This document shows positions 38,498 through 53,300 of a stretch of 64,000 nucleotides of DNA, in pieces (the stretch's first letter is position 1; every line of letters starts with the position of its first letter). The notes beneath the pieces were generated by a model. That model worked only from the letters and a program-made list of their open reading frames with translations. It was not told the origin of the DNA and searched no databases. A program made the position numbers and the translations under genes. Source of the stretch: Balanoglossus misakiensis (lineage: Eukaryota > Animalia > Hemichordata). Location: the NCBI GenBank assembly GCA_040954595.2, contig CM082591.2:4740909-4804908 (forward strand). Direction: 5' to 3'.

Positions 38498-41400
38498 CTC
38501 CTTTGGTATATTTTCGTTTGGAAAGCTGCCAGGGCCCGATCGCACGATTCAAATATGGCCGTCTGCGGCGTGGGTGCCCGTGGACGATATTTCAACCACG
38601 GTTCCAATTAAAAACTTCAGAGGCTAGCAACGATTCCATGACTGCCCGACGTGCAGTATGCGAAATACTGTATACGTCTATAGGCAGGAAAGGCGTTCTT
38701 TGTATCCCGTAAGAGTTCGATTTATTGGCAACGCTGTATTTGATCACAGCTGATGTATTTTGCAAAATGGAGGACCATAATGTAGAGTCTACATACAATG
38801 AATTAATACATAAGCTTAATCGAGCCAAGACTCTGGGAATTCTCACCCCAAAATACTAGACGAAAGTCAATAATGTGATGACCAAAAACCACTGAAATTT
38901 CTGCATTGGAGCAAAAAAAAACATTAAAATGTAAATTTAGAAACGAGAGAGCCCCGCCATCTTCGAACCGTTGCTATCACTCGAACGATGAACGCGACGC
39001 ACCATCTTTTCGAGAGATCGTCAAAGAGAATGTATCGTTGTGAGGTTTTTATGCAGATCTTCTGCAATGTTGTGAAAAAAATCGACAACACTAAAACTAT
39101 CCTTCTTATGTCGAATCCACAGACATCTGGCACGGCATGCAACAGTTTATATCTCAGAAATGCCACGCGATTTAAAATAACGCACAGTCTCGCACGATAG
39201 TTGAACGCTGCGCAGATTTTATGGTCCCCCGGCCCAAAACCGCGAATTCTTGCACTAGCAGCTTGTAACCACAGACAACTGTGGTAGCCGTCTGAGTGCG
39301 TTTTCGAGAAGGCGCCGACGGAATTCTAAAAAGAACCGGGCGTTGCCGAAGTGGAAGAAAATGACGAGAACTAAATTGGCGAACGGTTAAAATAGGGACG
39401 AAATTACCTTAAATGATCCACACACCTGCAAATGTAATGGAAGATCGTTTCGAACACGAAATATACGCAAATGAAAAAGAAGAAGAAAATTTGTAACATT
39501 TTCACACAAGTATCGAAGAACTAACCATGACACACCTACCTAGTGTAATCTGTGGATGAAAATGGCCGAATATCGCGTGACCTGTGCCGTATTACCCTAT
39601 GACCTTTTGTTCCCATGGCAATTTATGCAAAACGTGTATTTATCATTGACGACAACAATGGTTTCGATCGATGATTGACAATTTTTTTCTGATATGTCGC
39701 GCTGGAAAGTTTGCCGTGAAGGCGAAATGGTTGTGATATTGTCTGACCAGTGGAGTGTTTTTCGGAACTTTTGCGAGGTTTTGACAGAGGTAGAATTGGA
39801 CGTGCTTGGAGTGAGAGAACGAGGCAGACGATAGATTGGCCGGCAGATAGGCGCGAAGACGAAATGGGTATGGGCAGGCATGACGCGGAAGGACAAACAG
39901 ACACAAAGATGTCGAAAAGTTATAAAAATTCAATGTGCACGACTACTCACTGGCCCCAACCAATGTGGGAACTTTGAGAATCCTACACGCAGCGCGCGGT
40001 TTAAGAGATCTAGAACCCCCCAATCAATTAACGGGAGAAAGAAAGAAACAAAGAAAGAAAGGAATACGAAACAACCAATACCAATAGGGCTTGGGCCCCG
40101 AAAGATGGAAAGACACCATACCTGGTTATGAGAGAGAACCTCTCTGCAGACAGATGTACAGGTGGGCAGCGACAGAAAACTCAGTCCGAACTCTCTCAAA
40201 CGGACCGATATAATAGATAAAGACAAGGACATAGCCTAAGAGATATAGCCAGCCAGAGAGGGCAGCGTCAATAGTGATACATTCCAAGACAAACAGAGAG
40301 ACAGGATTTCGGAGAAAGGCTGACGGAAAAACAGACGGGACTTTCCCAAACTGTTTCTTTTCTGATGATAATCACTGACGCGTGTCTATGACTTTTTTTG
40401 TATAACTTGACCATTGTAGTAAAATATGCACTCGAACGTACTTTAAAAAGGCCGTAAGTTTTGAATATAATCGTAAATTTCTCTTGCGAGTGGCCTCTTT
40501 TTCTCCCATTTCCGCGTTGAGATCAATAGCCTTTTGCACCGTGAAAATGAGACACCATGACAATACCAGCCATGACAACACCAAGTACAGACAAGTACTC
40601 AAACTGTAAGTTATTATCTGTGAGTCATTTACTGACAGGCTAGTACATGTACTAATGATTGTTACTTTGAAGAAAAATGGTACCATTTTATAAACAAAAG
40701 AAGCGTTAATAGTATCATTGAATTGTGTTCTACGCCGATGGTTCTATTGAAAGGGATGTAAAAACACATAATGGCCAGATTTCGTCTTGAATATAATTGT
40801 GTGAATATAACACAGGTTAATATTGATTAGAATACTTGATTTCCATCAATTCAGACTTTTGCAGTTTTTCTTTTTCCTGGTCAGTCGTCTCCCTAGCTCT
40901 TCACATCTTCCCGGAGAACACAGGCCATGGTATACTATACTAAGGTGGATTTACACGCAGTGATACGCCCCTACCCCCGGGGGAGAGGGGACATGTGTCA
41001 AGTAATTTGTACTGTCAGCAGTCAGTGATGACGTTGTAGCTTTATGACGTATAGTGGATACATTTCGAGCATTCTTGCATATGAGTGGGTGGTGGTTTGT
41101 ACAGACTGGGGCCCGTGTCGCCGGGATCACGATAGGTCACAGTATTTCCGATCACGACTCCCCTTCATCTTCATCATCATCTCTCTTACAAGTTAAACAT
41201 TAGTGCAGGATAAAATGCAACAGAAGACAAAATATACAGTGCACGACAAAAAGTAAAACTGCACAACATAACACAACGTAACGTAACAATGTAACAAGTG
41301 CTGGTAACCTTTGACCTGATAACGAACAAAACACCAGATTGCGAAAACTGTCCAAGTAAATTCATCGAACGATTCGCCGTAAGAAACTGAACAGGCATAA

Positions 41401-44400
41401 ACATGACATGGGAGACGGGTTATACACCACTCATGCGCAGAATTTGCCGGCGTGGTTCTGTATGCACATGTCAAGAGAACCATCGATCAGGAATAATCAC
41501 TGAGGCCAAACTGCCAGACTTCTAGTGATGACAGGATATTATTGATTGCTCAAATATTATTTCTACAACCCTCTTTTTAGACCGTTCCTTCCGCTTCAAG
41601 GGGACGGGGAGAAATGCTACCGTTGACGTGCGCATATAAAATGGTTCATTTTGGTTGCTCCACCTGGCTCCATAATTTAAAAAAGAAACTTCACATCACA
41701 AAGCCAACTTGAACATTTTGATACGGTGCCAGTGACACTACGTAATGGAGACGGCAACGTCTTTGAATCCGTGCCAATAAGTGACGCTGCATACACGTCC
41801 TGGCTTCTGGGGGTGTGGGACCAGCCCCCCCCCCCGCCCGAGAATCCCACGATTTGATAGCCCGCCATTTGCCTGGTTTAGGCCGCCATTTATTTCACCA
41901 TGTAGGCCGCCACATTTTATTACCTGTACACTAAGATATCCCCACTAAGTCATTTCTCGTTGAAGTGGAGTAGTTCAATAAATTTACATCAACAAAAAAC
42001 AGTTTATAGACGACAACATTTATTTTTATTTTGGCAACGGATGAAGAGTAAACTTCCTGGTTTTGTGACACAGTGCGGGACATACAGACACACCGGCCCC
42101 GCCCAGGTAATTTCTGCCTAGTCCCTAGTTCAGGAATTGACTAAATCTACGTTTCTTTATTTCAAAACTGGTCCCCATTCACTTTAATATGGCAAAGGTA
42201 TTGAAAGGTTTGAGGGAGAATTTTTTCTGAAAGTCTATCCCCAATGAGTGTGCTGCCATAAGTGTCTTTGTTGCCGTAGTAATAGCGATTATGATTAGGC
42301 CTATGGTGTAATAACGTAAAAGTAGGTCACTATTAATTTGATATTCAGCCGCCACGCCCTTAATCTTTCACTGTACCACGCGCGGGATAGCACGGATAGA
42401 GAAAGTGGTTTCTGACGACAAATCGTCGTGAGTCATCATGGCGGAACGATCCACGCGACGTCACTCTTGCCACTCCGAGATCTCGCGAGATCTTGTGTCA
42501 CAAGGGAAAGCGTGGAGCACACAGTCTGTTGTATCAACGCCACTCACGCAGACTTCCTGTTGTTTGAACGGACAAGTGAAGAAGCGTTGAGGAGGTGGGC
42601 ACATGTGGCTAAATTTGAAACTAGGGCATTCATTTCATGGAATATATTCCTCGCCCCCGATGGCACTTCCGCTGAGAAATTAAACCAACCCACTGAAGAG
42701 AAACACACCTTGCAATCCCTTTTTTTGCATTTACTTCCTTCTTCATTGAATTTACTGTATGCGCAGAGTTAGAATGATAATCTTGATATTGTTAAACATT
42801 ATAGACACAAAATGCTACCAAATCCAGCGAAAGGGTCACTGGGCGAGGCTATGAATCCTGGCGAGTGAATCATCTGTTTTCGCACAGCTGTAGGACAGTG
42901 TTGCCCACACCACATGTTGTACAGTAGTTGTCTTGTTCCCGATTCATATTTTAGTGGCCTGGTACCCCGTTGCTGTTGTTTGTCGATAGTTTGGTTGTCA
43001 CCACCTTCAGGATGTTTAGTTTGATAAGTTCAAGTTTACACAGTGCCTGGTGACAATGAAAAATTGGCATTTTGTGATTTCAGCTGTAATATCTGCAAGA
43101 ATAATTGCAAGTCCGCCTGTCAATTACGAACTGTGTGCGTAGCTCGAGGTCAGGTAAACGCCCGTTGATTGTAACATTTTCCATTATTTTTTTAGTTTAC
43201 ATTCAAGTTGAAATTGAATTGAAATTACTTTGTGATAACAAGGTCTTGAAAATAGCCTGGAAACAGTTTTATCTGTAACTAGTCTACTCGACTATCTTAG
43301 TTTTAAAAACGGCAATTCTATAATAATGCTGAAACACAAACAATTTAAAAAAATCTCAAAGCAGTTTCATAGAATTCTGTTGAGTCGTACGATGTTTCTA
43401 GAATCTTATAATCACAAACTATTTCAGTGTATTATTTACCCTCGCATGTGCAAGCTTGGACATGATAACTTGTACAATATATGAAGACAGACTTCAGATT
43501 CTTGTCAACAACTGCAAATTTGCATATTTAATGAATTTATGAGTTAGCGATTTATTTCCGTAATTGCCACAACTGGGTTTGTGAAACTTGCTACTGATAT
43601 TGCTTAGAGACATGTTAATTTACTCGTAATTTGCATACCGAACACATTTTGGGAATTAACACTTGAAATCTTACTTGGCTGTGTCAGATGTACCGAAACA
43701 CGCTGACTATATAAAAGTGGGCAGCCAGCTGATAGAGCAAGACAAAATCAGCGGCCATTTGCAAGATATCGGTTGAACAAACTAAGTATACCGCAGACTT
43801 GACATAATCACCGCATTATTGCGACACGCGACGGTGTAGGCGAACTGGCGCCTAAAAAGTGACTAATTTCAACCTCTAACACAACTGTGTCAAATTTTGT
43901 AGCAATAATGGGAGAAGAATTCGCGCGCTCGCCAGCGCCATTTTTTCCATCTTCCGATGTTGGAAGTGGATGATATAACATGTCGTGGCCGCAATTGTCG
44001 GTTGTGCAGATTAAAAATTGTTTGGTCTGAACTCTCTGACAGTTTCGGTGATCCGAGCTCAGAGAGTATGGGTTGTTAGAGTGACTGATCTTTTGGAACT
44101 GACCTCTGACCTCTAGGGTTGGCGTCGACCCCAGAGCCCCCCTTTTTTAATATTTTTCATTTCCTGGGTCAGAAAGCACGACCTTTGAGGCGCCTCTTAC
44201 TCTTCGCGAATTCACAAGCACCAATTAAGACCCAGTGGGTCTGCGAGCAAAGGGCAAAGAAAATTTCAAAAGTAGGCCATAAATTGAAACGTGAGGATTG
44301 ATAACGGAGTTGAGAATGGTGGGAGGCAATCTCCTTTTTTGAAAAAAAAGAATAGTGGTTAAAGAAAAACGCCAAGCTAACACCGGTGGCTCTTATCTGC

Positions 44401-45059
44401 TCCCTTATAAGACGAACATCTATCTATTGCTGTTTGTATGAACACCAACACAATGTGTAGAATCCTTATGTATGGTGACAACTTAGCTCATTGTTACCAG
44501 TTCTGTTGCCTAACGACATATTTATTCACCCGGCAAGTCCCCTCTCTACAATCTCCACTCTGCTAATATAAGCGAACCCAACGAGTTCAAGTAGTACATA
44601 TAGTAGTCTTAGTATTTTCTTATATTTTACTCAAGGCAACTTTAGATTAATCCCTCTTAAACCTGAGTATAAAAAAATGGGGATCTCCATGGCACGATAG
44701 GACGAAATTGTCTCAAATTTGAAATTCAAGATGGCCGCCACTCTATATGTTAGATCTATGGAGAAATGTTCATGAAAACTAGATCGAGAAAACCATGTTT
44801 TATTCTTCGTTTTCAAAAAGAGTTCTCATGAACTTTAATGTAGCAAAGAATTGACAATTTTGGAGGACTATCAGATTTTTCTGAAAATATTTCCCCGAGA
44901 CGCGTGCTGCCTTAGGTATGCTGGGGCATCAACTTTGTTTTTAGCTACAATCAATGCGTAACGACGCCTCGCCTGAGGTGATTTAGTCGGCATTGTGTTT
45001 GGAAAACGCCTTTGTTTTTGTTTGGAAGAAAGAAACGTGTTTGTGAAGTATCGCCAACA

Positions 45060-45116
45060 TTGCGAGGTGTTCATGTACCGTGTGTAATTGCGAGGTGTTC
45101 ATGTACCGTGTGTACA
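45060..45116. repeat. 28-bp tandem duplication
   Basis: TTGCGAGGTGTTCATGTACCGTGTGTA occurs twice in tandem. Confidence 0.85.
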
Positions 45117-48100
45117 ATTACATTGTCAGTAGTTACGCGATACTCGCTGACTTTGGCGCTGTACAGTCATTCGCGTTGTGTAACTAAAAGAAAGCGACTA
45201 CAGACAGTGGTCGTACGTCATGAATGTCTGCAGTTGAACCAGGAAATGGCATTCAAAAATAAGACACAAAGTCGTTGCTACGCAGACGACCAAAATCAGT
45301 GGGCAGTTGAACGACCAGTAATATACCAGTCAGGACATACAATGGGCCACCAATAAGTCGAATATTTGTGTAGGCCAGCATAGTAACGACAGGACAAAAT
45401 GTCTGTTGAAATGCTCAATCCTGCACATCGCTGCAGTACAGAACAACACGCTAACAGATTAATGATAATTAAAACAAAACAGTCACAATTCCTTTAAAGA
45501 CCTGTTAACGAGTGCGTGTAATTTCTCGTTCTACAGATGTTTGCTGCTGAGTGGACTTCGGCGGATTGTGGTCGAGAAACCGACTTGGATGAAGGACGCT
45601 ACAAATCATTAGGTGATTCACCTCAGCGAGAAGACCGTTCTCACCGACCAGACTATCAAGGCACTCGTGATTTATCGCCCTGGAACGAGATGACTGTTTT
45701 ATTTCATAATGGCTGGGTGAGACGCTTGTACTTTTAAAAGCACGACTTCTGAACATCCATCACCCTGTGCTTTTTGTGTGGACAAAAATTGGTAAGAACA
45801 ATGAACATAGACCAGTGTTTCCATTAGGAGTCAACCAGGCCATAGGACTTTCTGCTAGGGTCTATGACCAGGCGAGAGAGCTAAAGTTGTTTCCAGTACA
45901 TTCAAATACACCATCTCATTTATGGGAGGGAGGGCTCATGACCTAGTAGGGCTCCGTCACCATTCTAGAGAGAGAAGGGAGGGGGGGGGTAGTGGTAGGC
46001 CTACATGGGTCAAAGTCTGCGATTAACAAAGTGTAGTGTCAAACCACGAGGCGTATATATTACAGAAAAAAAATATCTTGCGTAACACAACAGAAATGCC
46101 ACAGACGCTTACGTAAGATATGCATCACCCAAGTTTATAGTTACCAATATACGTGATGGGGAATTTCCAGTATTTTTCTGTCAGATTGATCAGATATGAA
46201 ACACGGTGCAGCACATTGCTTTAATGTAACTCAAGGGCATATTATGTAACAAAAAACCGTGTAAGAATGCATGATTATCAAGATTATCTTCTGATGAAAT
46301 GCCAAGTGGAAGATAAGAAAAAACAATAATACAAAGTTCACTTGCAGGACCTTGTGACATTAAAGCTCCACTAGTTGTAACTTTTCGCTATGTTTTCAGT
46401 TGTTTTTGTTTCGTGTATTTTCTGCATTTTTTGTGTTCAAATTAACATTTGAATTAAAATTTGATTTAGAAGGTTAAGCTTTAAGGTGAAATTAATAGCT
46501 GTCTGTCAGCCATACTTGGTTACCACAGCATTGCAGACTTATACATACCAATATGTTTAGGAAAATCAGACAGCTAATAAGCCATAATGGAACGTGTATA
46601 AACAGACAGCCGTTAATTTGATTTGGAAAAGTTAAAATGTCCACGTCCTCAGCAAATAGGAACAGCTGTAAACTATTTTTGACCATATGTTCAGAGTGAG
46701 TGATGAGGTTCGGAATTGTTTCATGTTTCCTGATCGCAGTGAAAATGAAATATATTTCTCAGATACCAAATGTTCCGAAAGACACCGAACACATTGATTA
46801 CCGAATAATTGTGACCATTTCTCAGTTGCCAGTGGTTTTCTGGCAACCGTGTTTACAGACAAAGAGTGAAAGTATGTTAACTTAACCACACAGCGTGCTC
46901 GTGCCAACACTACATCACTTTGGTAACTGCAACCGACCTCTGTGTTTTGATAACAATACACTTTCATTTCTTGAAGTCTCGTGAGCAAAGGTATATACGG
47001 TGGGTTCCAAATGTGCAAGTTTGATACTGAAAATAGCACACCTGGCCCTCATTTGCTGATGGTCATCCATTATGAACAGTGACATACTATTGAGGCTATC
47101 TACACTGGGTATTACATGTACCATGCTTAGTGAAATAACCAGATGGTCTAGGTAGAATATACGTCTATAGCTCCAACACAGGAAAGTCTAAAATGTGGTA
47201 CACAGCGAACTGGACAGAACGCAGAGAATGAAAGATTTGAAATTCCGCCAAGTCTGATGCTGATTGATTGTAAAAAAAAATAGAGTAACGTCTCGCAAAT
47301 TATTGGAACCGAGTCAAATGCTGCAAGGATGTTGATTGTTCAATAATGTAGGCTGATAAATTACCGCACGCCCTGGCGATTCGCTTATCAATGAGGTCAC
47401 ATATCAGTTAAAAAGCCGCCGTATCTTTTTATCAAACCCTCCTTGTGCAAACAGATAGCAGCAATAAGGAAACTGTCGGCATAAAATGTGAACCGCTCAC
47501 GCAAAATCGAACTGTCCTCTCATTTAAAAACAATTTAACCAGTTATCATATCAGAAAAAATTGTATTCAGTTTTAAAGGGATTAGGCCTATCTTCTGTTC
47601 CAAGTTAATTATGTTTATCTTATCATCAGACCCAGAAAACATTAATTCCCGCTACAGTTTACTGCAGTACCTCAAAAATCAACCACTGATGCGGCGACTC
47701 CGATTATGGTTCAGATTGCGATTTCAAATACGCGATGATTTACAACAGCCGCGGCGGCCATGACAGTCTGTCAGACGCGCGTGATCGACTGACACCGGTA
47801 CAGTTGAAGGAAGTTTATATCAGTTTTGCTCTCTCCTGACGCTGAGTTAATGGCATTTTGTAGCAGGGTGTTGACACCTTGCTATTCTGCTGTCTCACCA
47901 GAAAAAGGTAAACTACCTTTGAGTTAACATACAGACAGCTGGCTCATATTTCAGTCATTCGAGACGGTGTCGTACTGTCACGCACCGCTGGTTGTAATAT
48001 TACCTCATTGATAAATGAAAGGTTGAACAACAGAATCGAGTCACTTTTTGAGAAATTACCACCGGAATTCGCGCTACAGACGACGTTTTTCTCCGAATTC

Positions 48101-50325
48101 TCTGCAGAGGGAATGCCCCGTCCACAGACCCCCGCCATCAATACAGATACGTAGTGACAAGTAAGGGGCAACTCAGTTACTATTAGTGGGGAGGGGGGGG
48201 GGGTCTGCAGGGTGGGATGCACCAGTTTTGTCCAAAAATGTAAGAAAAATATGTAATTGTTTCTTTATTCCGCGGAAAAAAACCCACTCATAACCAAGAA
48301 AACATTAGGGAGATTATTAACTTATCGCAACGCCAACATGTAGTTCGTTTGTACATCAGAGACATGCGGTTTGTACATTTGGCTAGCAGCCATCCGACAG
48401 AAAATCCCCCAGAGCCCCCACCCCCGGATACCAAATGACCCACCCCTAATTACTTTCGAATAGCCTATGTAAGGACTTCATCGCGTGATCTAACCAGGGA
48501 CGACAACCGACAGGTTTACGCGTAATCATAATCGCGGCGCGGATTTTTCTCGACGTTTTCTAGCTCTCAATTTTGGACGACCGATCTCCAAAAATGCACT
48601 CGTCCATGATATTTGAACATTTTGCACAGTAAGTCAAATGCCAGTATTTGTTACGTTATCCAAGGACGAACGTAATTGTTATGTCTCGCCCTGCTTTTAA
48701 GTGGTATCGTCGACCTACTTAGATAAAATACGCACGGAAGTCTAATATACTTTAGCAAGGGTGCTATATCTAAGGAGAATTTTCGTCAATAAAGAAATTT
48801 ATTTCAGTGATAATAAGTGTGATTTCTTCACAACCTAAGGAGGCAGTGTGAACCGAACGAAAACATTTTTGTTTTCTTCAGGGAAAAAGTCTAATATAAG
48901 CGCATTGACCCAAAAACGTCCCTTTATTGGAATTTCGGTCATCTAGTTTACATTTTGTCGGTTTGGGATTCAATTTTAAGATTGGCCATTCCTATATTTG
49001 TTTAGTAATCCTCGCGGCTAAAACGTGATTACCAGAATCGAGGTTTATCTAAGTATTAAGGTTGGCGGTTTTCTTTTGTTTGGCTTTGAAATTTGTACCA
49101 CCTGGTGAAGGAAATGCGATACATGCCTAATGATGATAATTCCCCTCGATCTATGTCTATATCGTACTCTGCCGGTCAGTGCGTCACCCACGTACCGAAA
49201 CATATGGTTCTGCATCTAATTGGACGAATCCAGGTAAACGGAAGTCAAAGGTGAGTTCTTGTTGCCTCTTCATCAGCGGCACATCGGATGCAAGTTTAGC
49301 CACAGTTACCGTGGTAAATCGAAAAACGAGCGCCGCCACATGGTGAACACTCGGACACGCCATTTTGGCCATATATGTTAATGACTTGTTCATTTTGAAT
49401 GTTCACAGGGAACTCAACTGGTGGCGTTTTACTTTGTGGACGCACGACAAAACAGGAAGTCAATCTTTCCATGAATGACTTCAAATGAATGTGCAGTGTT
49501 CAGCTATTTTCTGTTTCATTTCGAGACGTTTCTTTGTCTTCTGAAGATCCTAACCCTAAAACACAAGTCCGCCATATGTCACCCAATCGTCCTGAACAGA
49601 TACAGTATTCTCAAAACCCAGGTCAATGACCGTGCGGGTTGAATTCACAGAAAGAGCTGCCCCTCAATAAAATATGCAACACCTTTGTGTGTTTTTCAAT
49701 AAACCTCTGTCATAACTCCATCAGAAGGTGTCAGGTACACCATGGTCCACGTGATATGCCAGGGCGATTGACCGATATAGTTTTACGTCATCCTGACGCA
49801 CGGCAATTTTGTAACGGCGACATGTATCTACGTCGTAAAAGCCTGCCTGGGTCTATATAATTCATGTTGGCAAATCTGTAACAGGTTAAACTATCAACAC
49901 GTTGGTGCACGTGTACTTTAGACAAAGCGGCGGTAATAAATATTTCTAACCATAAAATCTTGCACACGTGAAGTGGTAGGAGAGGAGAGGAGAGGGGAGG
50001 GAGACGAGACAGTGCAGCGGTGGAAGATAGGGGAGGGGGGAACAGAGAGAGGGGCCGGGGCAGAGCGAAGGTGGGGAAGGGGAGAAATAAACAGACAGAG
50101 AAAATACACTTATTGGGAAGGTCGACCTATCGGACAGCTGTACGCCTCACAAATCAAACTTGTCTAGTCACAATTCGACGTTTTAACTGCGCTGAAGGAA
50201 AAACAAATACAACACTGTGACAAACTATGACTGGCAAGGTTGTTCCTTGACATTACATGCCTTCGGTTAATGATTATTTTTTATGGTTTGCTCACTAACA
50301 CAAACATGTTCAATGATTAATTGTC

Positions 50326-53300
50326 AAATCCTCGATTCTGGATGATTTTCATGGGCTGTAACCCATGGTTTTTATCAAAAAATGACCAAATTTTCATAAT
50401 TCGCAAAGTCGAAAAATCCTCGATTCTGGACGATTTTCATGGGCTATAACCCATGGTTTTTATCAAAAAATCACCAAATTTTCATAATTCGCAAAGTAGA
50501 AAAATCCTCGATTCTGGACGATTTTCATGGGCTATAACCCATGGTTTTTATCAAAAAATGACCAAATTTTCATAATTCGCAAAGTAGAAAAATCCTCGAT
50601 TCTGGACGATTTTCATGGGCTATAACCCATGGTTTTTATCAAAAAATGACCAAATTTTCATAATTCGCAAAGTCGAAAAATCCTCGATTCTGGACGATTT
50701 TCATGGGCTATAACCCATGGTTTTTATCAAAAAATGACCAAATTTTCATAATTCGCAAAGTCGAAAAATCCTCGATTCTGGACGATTTTCATGGGCTATA
50801 ACCCATGGTTTTTATCAAAAAATGACCAAATTTTCATAATTCGCAAAGTCGAAAAATCCTCGATTCTGGACGATTTTCATGGGCTATAACCCATGGTTTT
50901 TATCAAAAATTGACCAAATTTTCATAATTCGCAAAGTCGAAAAATCCTCGATTCTGGACGATTTTCATGGGCTATAACCCATGGTTTTTATCAAAAAATG
51001 ACCAAATTTTCATAATTCGCAAAGTCGAAAAATCCTCGATTCTGGACGATTTTCATGGGCTATAACCCATGGTTTTTATCAAAAATTGACCAAATTTTCA
51101 TAATTCGCAAAGTCGAAAAATCCTCGATTCTGGACGATTTTCATGGGCTATAACCCATGGTTTTTATCAAAAAATGACCAAATTTTCATAATTCGCAAAG
51201 TCGAAAAATCCTCGATTCTGGACGATTTTCATGGGCTATAACCCATGGTTTTTTTATCAAAAAATGACCAAATTTTCATAATTCGCAAAGTCGAAAAATC
51301 CTCGATTCTGGACGATTTTCATGGGCTATAACCCATGGTTTTTATCAAAAAATGACCAAATTTTCATAATTCGCAAAGTCGAAAAATCCTCGATTCTGGA
51401 CGATTTTCATGGGCTATAACCCATGGTTTTTATCAAAAAATGACCAAATTTTCATAATTCGCAAAGTCGAAAAATCCTCGATTCTGGACGATTTTCATGG
51501 GCTATAACCCATGGTTTTTATCAAAAATTGACCAAATTTTCATAATTCGCAAAGTCGAAAAATCCTCGATTCTGGACGATTTTCATGGGCTATAACCCAT
51601 GGTTTTTATCAAAAAATGGCCAAATTTTAATAATTCGCAAAGTCGAAAAATCCTCGATTCTGGACGATTTTCATGGGCTATAACCCATGGTTTTTATCAA
51701 AAAATGACCAAATTTTCATAATTCGCAAAGTCGAAAAATCCTCGATTCTGGACGATTTTCATGGGCTATAACCCATGGTTTTTATCAAAAAATGACCAAA
51801 TTTTCATAATTCGCAAAGTCGAAAAATCCTCGATTCTGGACGATTTTCATGGGCTATAACCCATGGTTTTTATCAAAAATTGACCAAATTTTCATAATTC
51901 GCAAAGTCGAAAAATCCTCGATTCTGGACGATTTTCATGGGCTATAACCCATGGTTTTTATCAAAAAATGACCAAATTTTCATAATTCGCAAAGTCGAAA
52001 AATCCTCGATTCTGGACGATTTTCATGGGCTATAACCCATGGTTTTTATCAAAAATTGACCAAATTTTCATAATTCGCAAAGTCGAAAAATCCTCGATTC
52101 TGGACGATTTTCATGGGCTATAACCCATGGTTTTTATCAAAAAATGACCAAATTTTCATAATTCGCAAAGTCGAAAAATCCTCGATTCTGGACGATTTTC
52201 ATGGGCTATAACCCATGGTTTTTATCAAAAAATGACCAAATTTTCATAATTCGCAAAGTCGAAAAATCCTCGATTCTGGACGATTTTCATGGGCTATAAC
52301 CCATGGTTTTTATCAAAAAATGACCAAATTTTCATAATTCGCAAAGTCGAAAAATCCTCGATTCTGGACGATTTTCATGGGCTATAACCCATGGTTTTTA
52401 TCAAAAAATGACCAAATTTTCATATTTCGCAAAGTCGAAAAATCCTCGATTCTGGATGATTTTCATGGGCTATAACCCATGGTTTTTATCAAAAATTGAC
52501 CAAATTTTCATAATTCGCAAAGTCGAAAAATCCTCGATTCTGGACGATTTTCATGGGCTATAACCCATGGTTTTTATCAAAAAATGACCAAATTTTCATA
52601 ATTCGCAAAGTCGAAAAATCCTCGATTCTGGATGATTTTCATGGGCTATAACCCATGGTTTTTATCAAAAAATGACCAAATTTTCATAATTCGCAAAGTC
52701 GAAAAATCCTCGATTCTGGACGATTTTCATGGGCTATAACCCATGGTTTTTATCAAAAAAGGACCAAATTTTCATAATTCGCAAAGTCGAAAAATCCTCG
52801 ATTCTGGACGATTTTCATGGGCTATAACCCATGGTTTTTATCAAAAATTGACCAAATTTTCATAATTCGCAAAGTCGAAAAATCCTCGATTCTGGACGAT
52901 TTTCATGGGCTATAACCCATGGTTTTTATCAAAAAATGACCAAATTTTCATAATTCGCAAAGTCGAAAAATCCTCGATTCTGGACGATTTTCATGGGCTA
53001 TAACCCATGGTTTTTATCAAAAAATGACCAAATTTTCATAATTCGCAAAGTCGAAAAATCCTCGATTCTGGACGATTTTCATGGGCTATAACCCATGGTT
53101 TTTATCAAAAATTGACCAAATTTTCATAATTCGCAAAGTCGAAAAATCCTCGATTCTGGACGATTTTCATGGGCTATAACCCATGGTTTTTATCAAAAAA
53201 TGACCAAATTTTCATAATTCGCAAAGTCGAAAAATCCTCGATTCTGGACGATTTTCATGGGCTATAACCCATGGTTTTTATCAAAAATTGACCAAATTTT

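Noticed and set aside
44630-44915. AAGATGGCCGCC (YY1-like) site as a promoter
   Set aside because: The context looks like a decayed DNA-transposon remnant and I cannot support a regulatory role.
35300-50300. Protein-coding or tRNA/rRNA genes in the region upstream of SPDEF
   Set aside because: There are only short ORFs without recognisable domains or consistent splice chains, and I recognised no cloverleaf or rRNA motifs by eye.
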